64,000 nucleotides of DNA, from NCBI GenBank assembly GCA_040218735.1, contig JAVJQW010000023.1:448001-512000 (forward strand), given 5' to 3'. The notes beneath the pieces were generated by a model. That model ran no database searches and had not been told where the DNA came from. It saw nothing but the letters and a program-made list of their open reading frames with translations. Position numbers and translations under genes: made by a program. Positions within the stretch are counted from its first letter, which is position 1; each line of letters starts with the position of its first letter. Shown here piece by piece: positions 55,681-64,000 of this stretch. This DNA is from Deltaproteobacteria bacterium (GTDB lineage Bacteria; Myxococcota; Kuafuiibacteriia; Kuafuiibacteriales; Kuafuiibacteriaceae).

Positions 55681-57003
55681 TCAGCGGACGCCCCACTTCG
55701 CCGCGAGGTACAGCAACACGCGCTCCGCCTCCGGCTCCTCCAAGGCACGCTCGTAGACGATGATCTCCGCGATGTCGCCGTCGAGCGTCTCGTCGGTGAG
55801 CCCCGTGCCGAGCGTCAGCCGGAGCGACCCGAGGTTGCCGGCCTCGACGAGGGTGTCGTCGACCTGCAGCCCCATGACGTCGCCGCCGTCCTCGCCCCAC
55901 ATGCGGTAGTGATCCAGCAGGCCGGAGGTCCAACGGCGGACACCGATCAGCGTGGGCTGCGTCGGCGCAAAGCCTTGGGCCTGGACGCTGTCCTGCACCG
56001 ACGGCGTGAGCGGGACCCGGTGGATGAAGCGCCCGCCCTGACCGGGGTGGACGAGGTCGAGCGCCGCCGCGACGCCGAACTCGGAGTGCGAAGCCTCGAA
56101 GATGCCGGCGCTCCCGATCGAACGCGGGTAGACCAGCGCAAAGACCGTGTAGTCGTCACCCGCGAAGCCGGCGAAGCTCTGCACGTTGAGGCGATCGTCG
56201 ACGCCGTCGAAGCGAACCACGGAGCGACCGTTCATCGCCGCGTCGACGAGCTCGGGGCGCAGCGTCGAGAGCGCGACCGACGCCTCGGGTGCTTCGGCCC
56301 CGCCACGTCGATCCGTCCAGCGCACGACGCGATCGTTGCGAACGGTGAGGGTCCCGCTGGCGTCGGCGTCGAGCCACAGCGCCATGCCGTCGACGTCCGG
56401 TGTGTCGAGGATGCAGTGGCCGCGGTACGCGACGTAGCCCGGCACGCACATCTCACACGCCGCGCCCTCGTAACCTTCGTCGCAGACGCAGAGCTCGGAG
56501 TCGTCGGCTTCGATCTGACACGAGCCGTAGTCACCACACTCGAGCTGGCACTCGCGGATACAGACGCCGTCCCCGTCGAGGTCGGCGTAGCCGACGTCGC
56601 ACGTGTCGCACGATGCACCGACGTGTCCGACGTCGCAGCGACAGGCGCGCCCGTCGATCTCGGTGTCGATGAAACACGTCCCCTGACCGCAGCTCGGCGC
56701 GTCCTCTCCGGTGGCGTCGCAGGCCAGCGAGCAGATCCCGTCCGCGTTGCCGTCCTGCCAACCCGGGGCGCACTGGTCGCACCGCGGCCCCGCGTAGCCG
56801 CGCGCGCACTCCTCCGTCATGGGCTGCATCCCCGCGTCCGGTGTCGTGCCGGCGTCGGTCGGCGCGACGCCGCCGTCGCGCATCATCGCGGGGGAGGTCG
56901 GGTCATCGAGCCCCAACATCGGGTCGGGGAGGTCGGCACCGCCCCCGCACGCGACGAGGAACAGCGAAGTGAGGGTGAATCGAAGGGCGATGGAGTCGTT
57001 CAT
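55681..57003 (-). CDS. EGF-like repeat + LamG/concanavalin-like lipoprotein
   Basis: Start MNDSI at 57003; lipobox LVAC; CxCxxGYxGxxC repeats; LWLDA, VRFDGVDD, GDIAEIIVY..YLAAKWG. Confidence 0.85.
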   Translation of the reverse strand: MNDSIALRFTLTSLFLVACGGGADLPDPMLGLDDPTSPAMMRDGGVAPTDAGTTPDAGMQPMTEECARGYAGPRCDQCAPGWQDGNADGICSLACDATGEDAPSCGQGTCFIDTEIDGRACRCDVGHVGASCDTCDVGYADLDGDGVCIRECQLECGDYGSCQIEADDSELCVCDEGYEGAACEMCVPGYVAYRGHCILDTPDVDGMALWLDADASGTLTVRNDRVVRWTDRRGGAEAPEASVALSTLRPELVDAAMNGRSVVRFDGVDDRLNVQSFAGFAGDDYTVFALVYPRSIGSAGIFEASHSEFGVAAALDLVHPGQGGRFIHRVPLTPSVQDSVQAQGFAPTQPTLIGVRRWTSGLLDHYRMWGEDGGDVMGLQVDDTLVEAGNLGSLRLTLGTGLTDETLDGDIAEIIVYERALEEPEAERVLLYLAAKWGVR

Positions 57004-57056
57004 GCCCACGCATTGGTGGCGTGGGCGCGGGATCCAACATGCGGTCGAAAAAAAGC

Positions 57057-57614
57057 TCAGATCTCGATCGGAACGACGTAGACCGGGCCGAGCCCCAACT
57101 TCGCCACGGCCCAAGCGGCGAACGGGAGCATCGCGTCGAGGACCCGCAGCTCGGCGACGTGCTCGAACAGGATCGGGGCCTCGGGCGACTTGACGAGCAT
57201 CTGCACACCTTCGAGTCCGCCGACCGGAACCGCTTCGTGGCCCGCGAAGCCGCGCGCGCGCGCCGCGCCGGTGGGATCCGCGCCATGGATCGGCACGATC
57301 ACTTCGAGCGGATCGAAGGGGGCGCGCGGATCGCTCGACCCGAGGAGCGCGCCGCAGGCTTCGCGCGCGCCGTTCTGCAACGCCTCGGGCCACGCCGCCG
57401 GCGCCACCCAGCGCGCGTACAGATGGAGGTCCTCGACGCGGTCGACGAACAGCCCGCGAAGCGCGTCGTAGTCCGCGTCCGACGGCGCGTGCTCGCCGTG
57501 TTTCGGATCGGGCGCCGGGGGGCCCTCGACGATCCCCGCCCCCTCCAGCGTGCGGAGCACGTCCAGGATCTCGACGGCCGGCCGCGGCAGCAACAACGCG
57601 TACAGCTCGATCAC
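57057..57614 (-). CDS. hypothetical protein coupled to the IucA/IucC-like gene
   Basis: GTGA overlap at 57611-57614; coding-like VIELYALLLPRP... Confidence 0.65.
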   Translation of the reverse strand: MIELYALLLPRPAVEILDVLRTLEGAGIVEGPPAPDPKHGEHAPSDADYDALRGLFVDRVEDLHLYARWVAPAAWPEALQNGAREACGALLGSSDPRAPFDPLEVIVPIHGADPTGAARARGFAGHEAVPVGGLEGVQMLVKSPEAPILFEHVAELRVLDAMLPFAAWAVAKLGLGPVYVVPIEI

Positions 57615-59239
57615 GACGCCGCCCGCACCGGAGCTTCGTGCTCCTCGATGAACTTGCGGCGCTGCTCGGGATCGAGCGGCCGCCGGAAGAGAACGCGGCC
57701 CCGAAGGCCGCTGTCGAACGCACGTTCCATCGTGCCGGTGAAGGACGTGTAGCCGCCGACGTCGAGGTTCGCGAGATCGAAGCCGTGTTTGTCGGCCGCG
57801 GCTTCGACGGCGTCGCGGATCCCGATCATCGCGAGGTCGACCTCGTGGCGCGTGAGGTACCCCGCCTCCTCCAACGCGACCAACGACTGGTACTGGAAGA
57901 TCGAGAAGTAGATGTCGAAGTTGCGCCCGAAGATCCCGGGCGCCTTGTAGCGATCCCGGAGCTTGGGCACCCCCGTCTGCGGATCCGGACGCATGAACCA
58001 CCCGTCGAGATCCGCCTGCGTGATCCCGGGGAACTCCGCCTGGAGCGCCTCGACGCTCGCGATGTCCTCGAGCCCGTGCTCGGTGCGCCACGCGGCGCTG
58101 TAGTTCGTCCCGTGCACGTCGCGGACGTAGACCTTCTCCACCTCGCGCGTGCGCGGGTCGAAACACATCAGGAAGTTCTGCGGGTGCAGCTCGAGCGTCA
58201 CGCCCTGCGCGTAGAAGTGGAACGCGATGTCGAGGAGCGGCTCGGAGAAGAGCTTGAGGAACCCGTCGACCTTGCTGAGCCCGGGGTTCTTCTTCCGCAG
58301 GCGCTCGATAGCGTCGGCCGCGAGGACGCGCGTCTCTTCCTTGGCGCGCACGTCAACCTGACTTGCAGCGGCGCGATCCGCGGGGAGGCGCTCCTTGGTC
58401 GGCGAGAACAACGCGAAGCCCGGGACCGCGAGGGTGTCCGGGAGCCGGCGGAAGATCGCGCCGAGCTCGACGGCCTTCTTGCCGTCGCCGAGACGCGCCG
58501 CGACCGTCGCGCCCTCCGAGAGCACCTCGAAGCGCGGCAGGCCCTCCCCGAGGGTCTCGAGCAGGTGCGTGAAGACGGGCGCGATCAAACAGTCGTTGAG
58601 GTTGAGCTGTCGGCTCCCGTCGAGGCCCCCCATGCGCGCGTACGTCGCGTCCGAGAGGTGCAGCTTCACGGAAAGATCCTGGAGCCCGTCGACGAGCCGC
58701 GGGACCCCCTCGGCGCCGAAGAGCACGCTGCGCGGCGACGCGGTCTGGAACATCTCGCCGTCGTCGATCACGGCGACCGCGCCGAAGGTCTTCTGCAGCG
58801 TCGCGACCTCCTCTTCGTGCACCGGCAGCAGCAGGACGCGGCCCGTCCCCGGGAGGTCGCGCACGAGCTGGTCGAGGAAGGTCGACGCCTCCGCGTCCGA
58901 GGCGCGCGCCGTGAGCCGCATTCGATCGTCGGACGCGACGGGGACCACCAGCCACTTGAACGCGCGCGGCTCGGCCCGGTAGAGGGCGTCCATCGCCTTG
59001 ACGCGCGTGCGCGACTGGAAGCGGCCGCTGTTCGCGAACAGCTCGTAGCGGATCAGCTGCGCGCGACGCTCACTCGCCGCGCGCACGCCCTCGGGGAGCA
59101 GCACCCCGCCCGCCGTGCGACCCGCGACCTCGGGCGGCGGAACGACCGCACCGAGCTCGGCCTGCAGACGCTCGACGTTCTCGATCGGCCCGTAGATCGG
59201 GCTCGACTTGGGGCGTAACCCCAACCACGTGAGCACCAT
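57611..59239 (-). CDS. divergent IucA/IucC-family (NIS synthetase-like) protein
   Basis: LLPVH, TASPRSV, SVKLHL, ELHPQN..YVRD motifs in family order. Confidence 0.65.
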   Translation of the reverse strand: MVLTWLGLRPKSSPIYGPIENVERLQAELGAVVPPPEVAGRTAGGVLLPEGVRAASERRAQLIRYELFANSGRFQSRTRVKAMDALYRAEPRAFKWLVVPVASDDRMRLTARASDAEASTFLDQLVRDLPGTGRVLLLPVHEEEVATLQKTFGAVAVIDDGEMFQTASPRSVLFGAEGVPRLVDGLQDLSVKLHLSDATYARMGGLDGSRQLNLNDCLIAPVFTHLLETLGEGLPRFEVLSEGATVAARLGDGKKAVELGAIFRRLPDTLAVPGFALFSPTKERLPADRAAASQVDVRAKEETRVLAADAIERLRKKNPGLSKVDGFLKLFSEPLLDIAFHFYAQGVTLELHPQNFLMCFDPRTREVEKVYVRDVHGTNYSAAWRTEHGLEDIASVEALQAEFPGITQADLDGWFMRPDPQTGVPKLRDRYKAPGIFGRNFDIYFSIFQYQSLVALEEAGYLTRHEVDLAMIGIRDAVEAAADKHGFDLANLDVGGYTSFTGTMERAFDSGLRGRVLFRRPLDPEQRRKFIEEHEAPVRAAS

Positions 59240-59265
59240 CCGACCGACTGTAGCAGAGCCGGATG

Positions 59266-60624
59266 CTAGCGAAAGCCCGCCACTCGACTCTTGCGGATCC
59301 GCAAGACGCGCTCATTGTCGCGCGTCGTCGCGTCGCCGATGACCACGCCGCGTCGGCTGCGTGTGTCGGAAGAGAAGTACGGAATGCGCCGCTCGGTCGC
59401 GGGCCCGACGCCCATGACCGTGTAGAAGCCGTCGCTCGACGGCCCGAAGACCGAGCCGAAGAGAGAGTCGCGGCGCCGGAAGCCGTGCCCGAACGCAAAC
59501 GGCGTGTTGGTCGTGTCGCTGTCGTGCCGCGCTCCGAGGAGGTGCCCGATCTCGTGCGCGAAGGTGTGGTCGGTTGCGTCCGCGCGAATCGCGAAGAAGG
59601 CCTGAGCGGGCCCCGCGTCGATCCTATGCACCTGACCGTTGGGGCGAACGACCGCGCCCGGTGACCACGGTGACGGGATGGTGAGGTCATCGACCACGAT
59701 GCCGACGATGTCGGCCGCGGTCGCGTTACGACCGCGGCCGTCCGTCGGCCCCGCGGCGAGGTCGTCGTAGACGAGGCCATCGCTCGGTCGGGAGAGGCGC
59801 CGCAAGAGGACGGTCGAGTCGCTCGTCCCCGGGTTCTGCGACGGCAGTCGGAGCCCCGCGTTGACGAGCTCGATCCCCACGCCGCTGTTCGTGAACGCCT
59901 GGTTCGCCTGGGCGAGGAAGAAACGCATGCGATCCTTGGTCACGGCGCGTCCGCCGAGGACGTTGCGTGCGTTCGGCGCGGCGATCTGGAGCACGCGGAT
60001 CTTCGTGGAGGCGGTGAGCGCGGACGTGCTGCGCCCGAACGGCGCGTCGTCCATCGCGAGTTCGGGCGTCGACTCGATCACCTCCGCTTCGGGCGGCGTG
60101 TCGTCGGCGTTCGGCAGGTGCGCGAAGTCTCGTGTGTAGAGGATCTGATGCCCGCCCTCCTCGACCGTGACGACCTCGAGCGTCCTCGCGCCGAATGCGA
60201 GCTGCCCCATCACCCGATCGCCGGTGACGACGAACAGCGCCGCTGCGCCGTGGGGCGGAGGTGTTCCGTCGACCGCCTCGATCGTGCCCTCCCACACCGA
60301 CGACGGCGGTCCATCGGGGTCGTCCATTCGGTACGTGGACGTCGCGCTCAGCCGCAGCACCGCGTCGTCCGGGAGCCGCAGGGTCAGATCCGGATCACCC
60401 CTTCGAAGCGGGTCGAGCGCGACGGTGACGACCCGCGGTGACGAGACGGACGGATCCGCGGCGAGCGCGGCGAGTGTGCTTCGGCCCGTCGCCGGGTCGG
60501 CGGGCGCGGCGGGCGCGAGCAGCTCCGGCGCTGCCGCGGGCGCTCCACACGCAGCCGGCAGAACGAGGGCGAGCGCAGCCCACCCTGAAGAAGCGTACCT
60601 CCTGGCGATCGCTTGGTTCGACAT
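59266..60624 (-). CDS. M12 / reprolysin-like zinc metallopeptidase lipoprotein
   Basis: HEIGHLLGARHD metzincin motif, Met-turn YTVMG, RIPYFS; lipobox PAAC. Confidence 0.88.
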   Translation of the reverse strand: MSNQAIARRYASSGWAALALVLPAACGAPAAAPELLAPAAPADPATGRSTLAALAADPSVSSPRVVTVALDPLRRGDPDLTLRLPDDAVLRLSATSTYRMDDPDGPPSSVWEGTIEAVDGTPPPHGAAALFVVTGDRVMGQLAFGARTLEVVTVEEGGHQILYTRDFAHLPNADDTPPEAEVIESTPELAMDDAPFGRSTSALTASTKIRVLQIAAPNARNVLGGRAVTKDRMRFFLAQANQAFTNSGVGIELVNAGLRLPSQNPGTSDSTVLLRRLSRPSDGLVYDDLAAGPTDGRGRNATAADIVGIVVDDLTIPSPWSPGAVVRPNGQVHRIDAGPAQAFFAIRADATDHTFAHEIGHLLGARHDSDTTNTPFAFGHGFRRRDSLFGSVFGPSSDGFYTVMGVGPATERRIPYFSSDTRSRRGVVIGDATTRDNERVLRIRKSRVAGFR

Positions 60625-60798
60625 CGCAGGGTGAGTGCGCAGGCCGCACGCGCTTGTGACGACGACGCGGTGCCGCGTGCGCCCCAAATGACCTCGTCAA
60701 CCACACGAACGGGTTATGCGCTCCACTCACGCATCCGTCGGAACACCGGTGGTTCCCGACCTTGCCGTCGCGCTCACCGCGCCCCTACGCTGATTTGT

Positions 60799-61620
60799 GT
60801 GCGTGTCGCCGCGGTCATCGCTCTCGGCCTGACCGCCTGGGCCCTCCCCGCCGAAGCCCAAAACATGGCGCTCACGTACGGGGTGGTCGGGAGCTCCTCG
60901 ATCGATGGCGGGGGCACCGACGCCCAGGGCGCGCTCGACACGTTGTCACTTCAGGGCGGCTTCCCGATCGTGTTGGACGGAGGCGACTGGGTGCTCCTCC
61001 CCGGGCTGCTCTTCGAGCGCTTCGGGTTCTACGGACGAGACGACGTCGCGGCGTACGGCTTCGGCGCGAGCTTCGTCGTGTTCCACCGGCTCTCCGACGT
61101 CTGGGGCCTCGCGCTGCAGACGAGCCTGACTCACCACTCGGACCTCGGCGGTAGCGACGCAAACGCCTGGGGCGGCACGTTCTCGGCGATCGCTCGACGC
61201 CGGCTGAGCGAGGACCACACCCTCGGCTTCGGCGGGGCCCTCACCTACCGACAGGGCCGCTGGCTCCCGGTACCGGTCGTACGTTGGTTGCTACGAACGA
61301 AGCGATGGACGGTGGACGTCCTCGCCCCGGCGCGCGCGTTGGTCGCGCTCCGACTCACCGAAGACGTCGAGCTCGGCCCCCAGGTTCACGTCGGCGGCGG
61401 CGGTGCGTCCCTGACCGGCCTCGGTTTGTCGACGCGCATGGTGAACGTCGCGGTCGGCCTCACCGCGCGCTACCGAATCGCGGGGCCGATCTACGCGTTC
61501 GCGTTCGGCGGCGCGACGGTGTTCCATCGGTTCCAGGTCGACCGCGACGCGGGTGCGTCCGCGACGGTGTTCAAGACCCCGGCCCCGACGTTCTCCGTGG
61601 GCGTGCGCTTGGTCCGCTAG
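60799..61620 (+). CDS. outer-membrane beta-barrel protein (DUF6268-like)
   Basis: Signal peptide ending AEA-Q; amphipathic strands; WLPVPV, DVLAP; start uncertain. Confidence 0.65.
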   Translation: MRVAAVIALGLTAWALPAEAQNMALTYGVVGSSSIDGGGTDAQGALDTLSLQGGFPIVLDGGDWVLLPGLLFERFGFYGRDDVAAYGFGASFVVFHRLSDVWGLALQTSLTHHSDLGGSDANAWGGTFSAIARRRLSEDHTLGFGGALTYRQGRWLPVPVVRWLLRTKRWTVDVLAPARALVALRLTEDVELGPQVHVGGGGASLTGLGLSTRMVNVAVGLTARYRIAGPIYAFAFGGATVFHRFQVDRDAGASATVFKTPAPTFSVGVRLVR

Positions 61621-61636
61621 GCGCGGTTGGACTCGA

Positions 61637-63361
61637 TCAAAGATCTGAAATACGCACGATTCGCCCGGACCAGGCGAGGACGACATAAAACGCGCCGTCG
61701 ACCTGCACGCCGGTCGTCGGGAGGCCAGCGCCGAGGTCGACGGAGCCCGGGAGGAAGGCCTCGCGGACGGGATCGTAGGCGAAGAGCTCCGCGCGCCCGA
61801 CGGGCGCCGGCTCGCCCTGCGCGTGCGCCGCGACCCACAATCGGCCGCCCGCGAACCCCAGCGGCAAGCGTGTGTTCGCCTCGTTCACGAAGTACCGCGC
61901 CAGGATGCACGGCGACGAGGTCGTGGCGAGATCGATGACGGACAGGACGGAGTCCACGCCCACGCCGAGGGCGTAGGCGACGCGCCCGTCGACGAAGAGC
62001 GACTCGGCGTTCTTCGCGCCCGCGCACAGCGAATATTGGTCACCGTAGGACTGCGCCACGACGTCATATTCGACGACGCGGTTGAAGCCGACGTCAGCGA
62101 CGAGGACACGACCGGGCGACAACGGGTAGACATCCATGGGTCGAGCCATGGGTTCCTGAGGGAGCGTGGTCTCGGAGAGTGTGAACGTCGCCAGGTCTAC
62201 GGCTACGACGTTCTCGGTCGACACCAACGTTTCTTGAATGAAGTGCTCGAGGAAGACGGCGTAACCGCCGGTGAGTACGATGCGCCCGTACTCCGTGGGC
62301 CCGGCCCATCCCGGATCGCGCGCGACCTCGCGTATCAAGTTACCGTCGGCGTCGAGCTCGACGAAGCGGACGCCGGGGTTGCTGCCCACGAGACCGAAGA
62401 TGGTGGTGCGATCTTCGGAGGCGACGATCTCACGAACGCAGCGCCCGATCGGTGCGTCACCGATCCGTGAGAGGTCATCGCGGTCGAAGAACACCAGCTC
62501 ACTCTCGAGATCGGGACACGGCAAGGTGAGCGGAGCGCCGCGGTACCCGGCGGCGACGACGCGGTCCTGGAGCACGGCGAGGCCCCCCACGAACCCGGCG
62601 TCCTCCCAGGGCGCGTCGTCGATCGGCGTCGCCTCGACGTCGTAAACCGTCGCGGTCTCGACGCGGGCCGCGATCGATTCGAGCCCGTCGTACAGATGAA
62701 TCGGGCAGTCCGCGGCGGGCGGATCCTCGCAGAGGATCTCGGCCCGGGGGGCGTCGCCCTCCTCGGTCGTCTCACAGCGCGTCGCGAACGTCGGACGACC
62801 GCGGCCATCGAGCGTCCCCTCGACGCCCAACTCACACGCGAACTCATCGATCGAGATGCGACACCCATCCTGCGCGATCGGCGCGACGCAGGGACGAGGC
62901 CGACAACGAAAGTCGGCGAAGCTGTCCGGACCGTAGACCTGCGGACACGGCGGGAGCCCCGCGACGGTGAGCGACGGCGGCGCGACGCCGTCCGCGGCCA
63001 GGGTCACGCTGCCGTCCGCGACGATCCCGTGCACCTGCCACCCGGGCGGCGCGAGCAGAGGTTCGGATCCGCCCGCGGCGCGCGCGGGCTCCGCGCTGGG
63101 CACCAGGCCGATCCGATCGAGCTCGTCGTCGGTGAAGCCGAGGATCCAGGCTTCCTCGGCGCGGTCCCAGGCTTCGGGGAGCTCTGCGCCCACTTCCGCC
63201 ACGTCGTCGCGGCGCACGATGGCGGACGCGAAGACGTCATCACCGCGCGCGACGGCGAGGACGTGTGTGACGGCCTCCGGTGGCGCCGGCGCCGTCGCGC
63301 TCCGCGAAGGCGAGGCGGTGCACGCGCTGACGAGGAGCATCGCCAAGATCACCGACCGCAC
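61637..63361 (-). CDS. Cys-rich beta-propeller lipoprotein
   Basis: Start reassigned to GTG 63361 (VRSVILAMLLVSAC); blade-like C-terminal repeats. Confidence 0.65.
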   Translation of the reverse strand: MRSVILAMLLVSACTASPSRSATAPAPPEAVTHVLAVARGDDVFASAIVRRDDVAEVGAELPEAWDRAEEAWILGFTDDELDRIGLVPSAEPARAAGGSEPLLAPPGWQVHGIVADGSVTLAADGVAPPSLTVAGLPPCPQVYGPDSFADFRCRPRPCVAPIAQDGCRISIDEFACELGVEGTLDGRGRPTFATRCETTEEGDAPRAEILCEDPPAADCPIHLYDGLESIAARVETATVYDVEATPIDDAPWEDAGFVGGLAVLQDRVVAAGYRGAPLTLPCPDLESELVFFDRDDLSRIGDAPIGRCVREIVASEDRTTIFGLVGSNPGVRFVELDADGNLIREVARDPGWAGPTEYGRIVLTGGYAVFLEHFIQETLVSTENVVAVDLATFTLSETTLPQEPMARPMDVYPLSPGRVLVADVGFNRVVEYDVVAQSYGDQYSLCAGAKNAESLFVDGRVAYALGVGVDSVLSVIDLATTSSPCILARYFVNEANTRLPLGFAGGRLWVAAHAQGEPAPVGRAELFAYDPVREAFLPGSVDLGAGLPTTGVQVDGAFYVVLAWSGRIVRISDL

Positions 63362-63433
63362 CTTCGGAGCATCGCACGCGCGCGCCTTCACGACCTGCCC
63401 GGTGCGCGATTTTCGGTTAACGTCTCGACGAAC

Positions 63434-64000
63434 ATGGCCACGACACAGAACGGCATCCACCTCGTTGGACCCGGACTCCTCCTGACCGCGCTGCTCTGTG
63501 GCTGTCCCCAGACGAAGGCGGCCCCCGAGCCGGAACCGCCGAAGCCCGTCGCGCAGGCGACGCCGACGAGCGCGATGGAGACGCCGTTCTCCGACGCGTT
63601 CCCCGAAGTGAAGGTGTACACGTCCCAGAGCTTCGCGCACGACCGGGGGAACATCACGCGGATCGAGTCGTTCTGGGTCGACGGTAAGCCGGCGCAGGGG
63701 CACTACCTCGCAGCGGTGGTCGAACACCGCGGCGGGTGGTCGCAGAAGGGGGAGCGCACAGAAGCGGCCGCCCTCGCGACGGTGAAGGCGTTCGTGGAGG
63801 CGAGCAACAAGGTGTTCGGCGTGAACGTCGTGGACGGCGCGGACGAGAACGCCAGGCCAACCACGGGCGGACCCTCGGGGTACTGGATCACCGAGCACGA
63901 GGGCGTCCGTCTCGTCGTCGCCGCGCAATACTACGCGTACGACGGCGGCAACCACGGACGGCAGATCGCCCGAAGCGTCGCCGGCTTCCGCCTCGACGAC
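63434..64000 (+). CDS. hypothetical lipoprotein (runs off the window)
   Basis: My own translation: MATTQNGIHLVGPGLLLTALLCGCPQTK...; open to the window end. Confidence 0.65.
   Translation, partial: MATTQNGIHLVGPGLLLTALLCGCPQTKAAPEPEPPKPVAQATPTSAMETPFSDAFPEVKVYTSQSFAHDRGNITRIESFWVDGKPAQGHYLAAVVEHRGGWSQKGERTEAAALATVKAFVEASNKVFGVNVVDGADENARPTTGGPSGYWITEHEGVRLVVAAQYYAYDGGNHGRQIARSVAGFRLDD

Noticed and set aside
57031-57056. GATCCAACAT shared with about 5719 as a common regulatory motif
   Set aside because: Only 10 bp and in opposite orientation relative to the downstream genes; compatible with chance

Overview
High-GC bacterial DNA (roughly 70% by eye) whose gene style points to Myxococcota: many Cys-rich and RDAG/RDGG-linker lipoproteins, PEGA proteins, ECF sigma factors, a Ser/Thr kinase and a caspase-like protease. 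The taxon is inferred, not tested. About 45 genes are supported; most other long ORFs in the track are GC shadow frames. Main observations: (1) an apparently complete retron on the minus strand, with a readable msr/msd ncRNA (a1/a2 inverted repeat, candidate branching G, two msr hairpins, one msd hairpin), an RT with NAxxH/YADD/VTG motifs, and an unrecognised 157-aa gene behind it as candidate effector; (2) an ECF sigma / anti-sigma / exported caspase-like protease / FG-GAP lipoprotein operon flanked by two paralogous beta-helix lipoprotein genes that share a conserved ~44-bp upstream motif, probably the cognate ECF promoter; (3) a polymorphic-toxin-like protein with a PD-(D/E)xK tip and no downstream immunity gene; (4) a 1796-aa LruC-like protein with four ~400-aa repeats; (5) a second ECF operon encoding heme-c-bearing surface repeat proteins and a kinase; (6) an orphan IucA/IucC-like synthetase. 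No rRNA, tRNA, CRISPR array or transposase was seen. Family assignments come from motif recognition by eye; no database searches were run.
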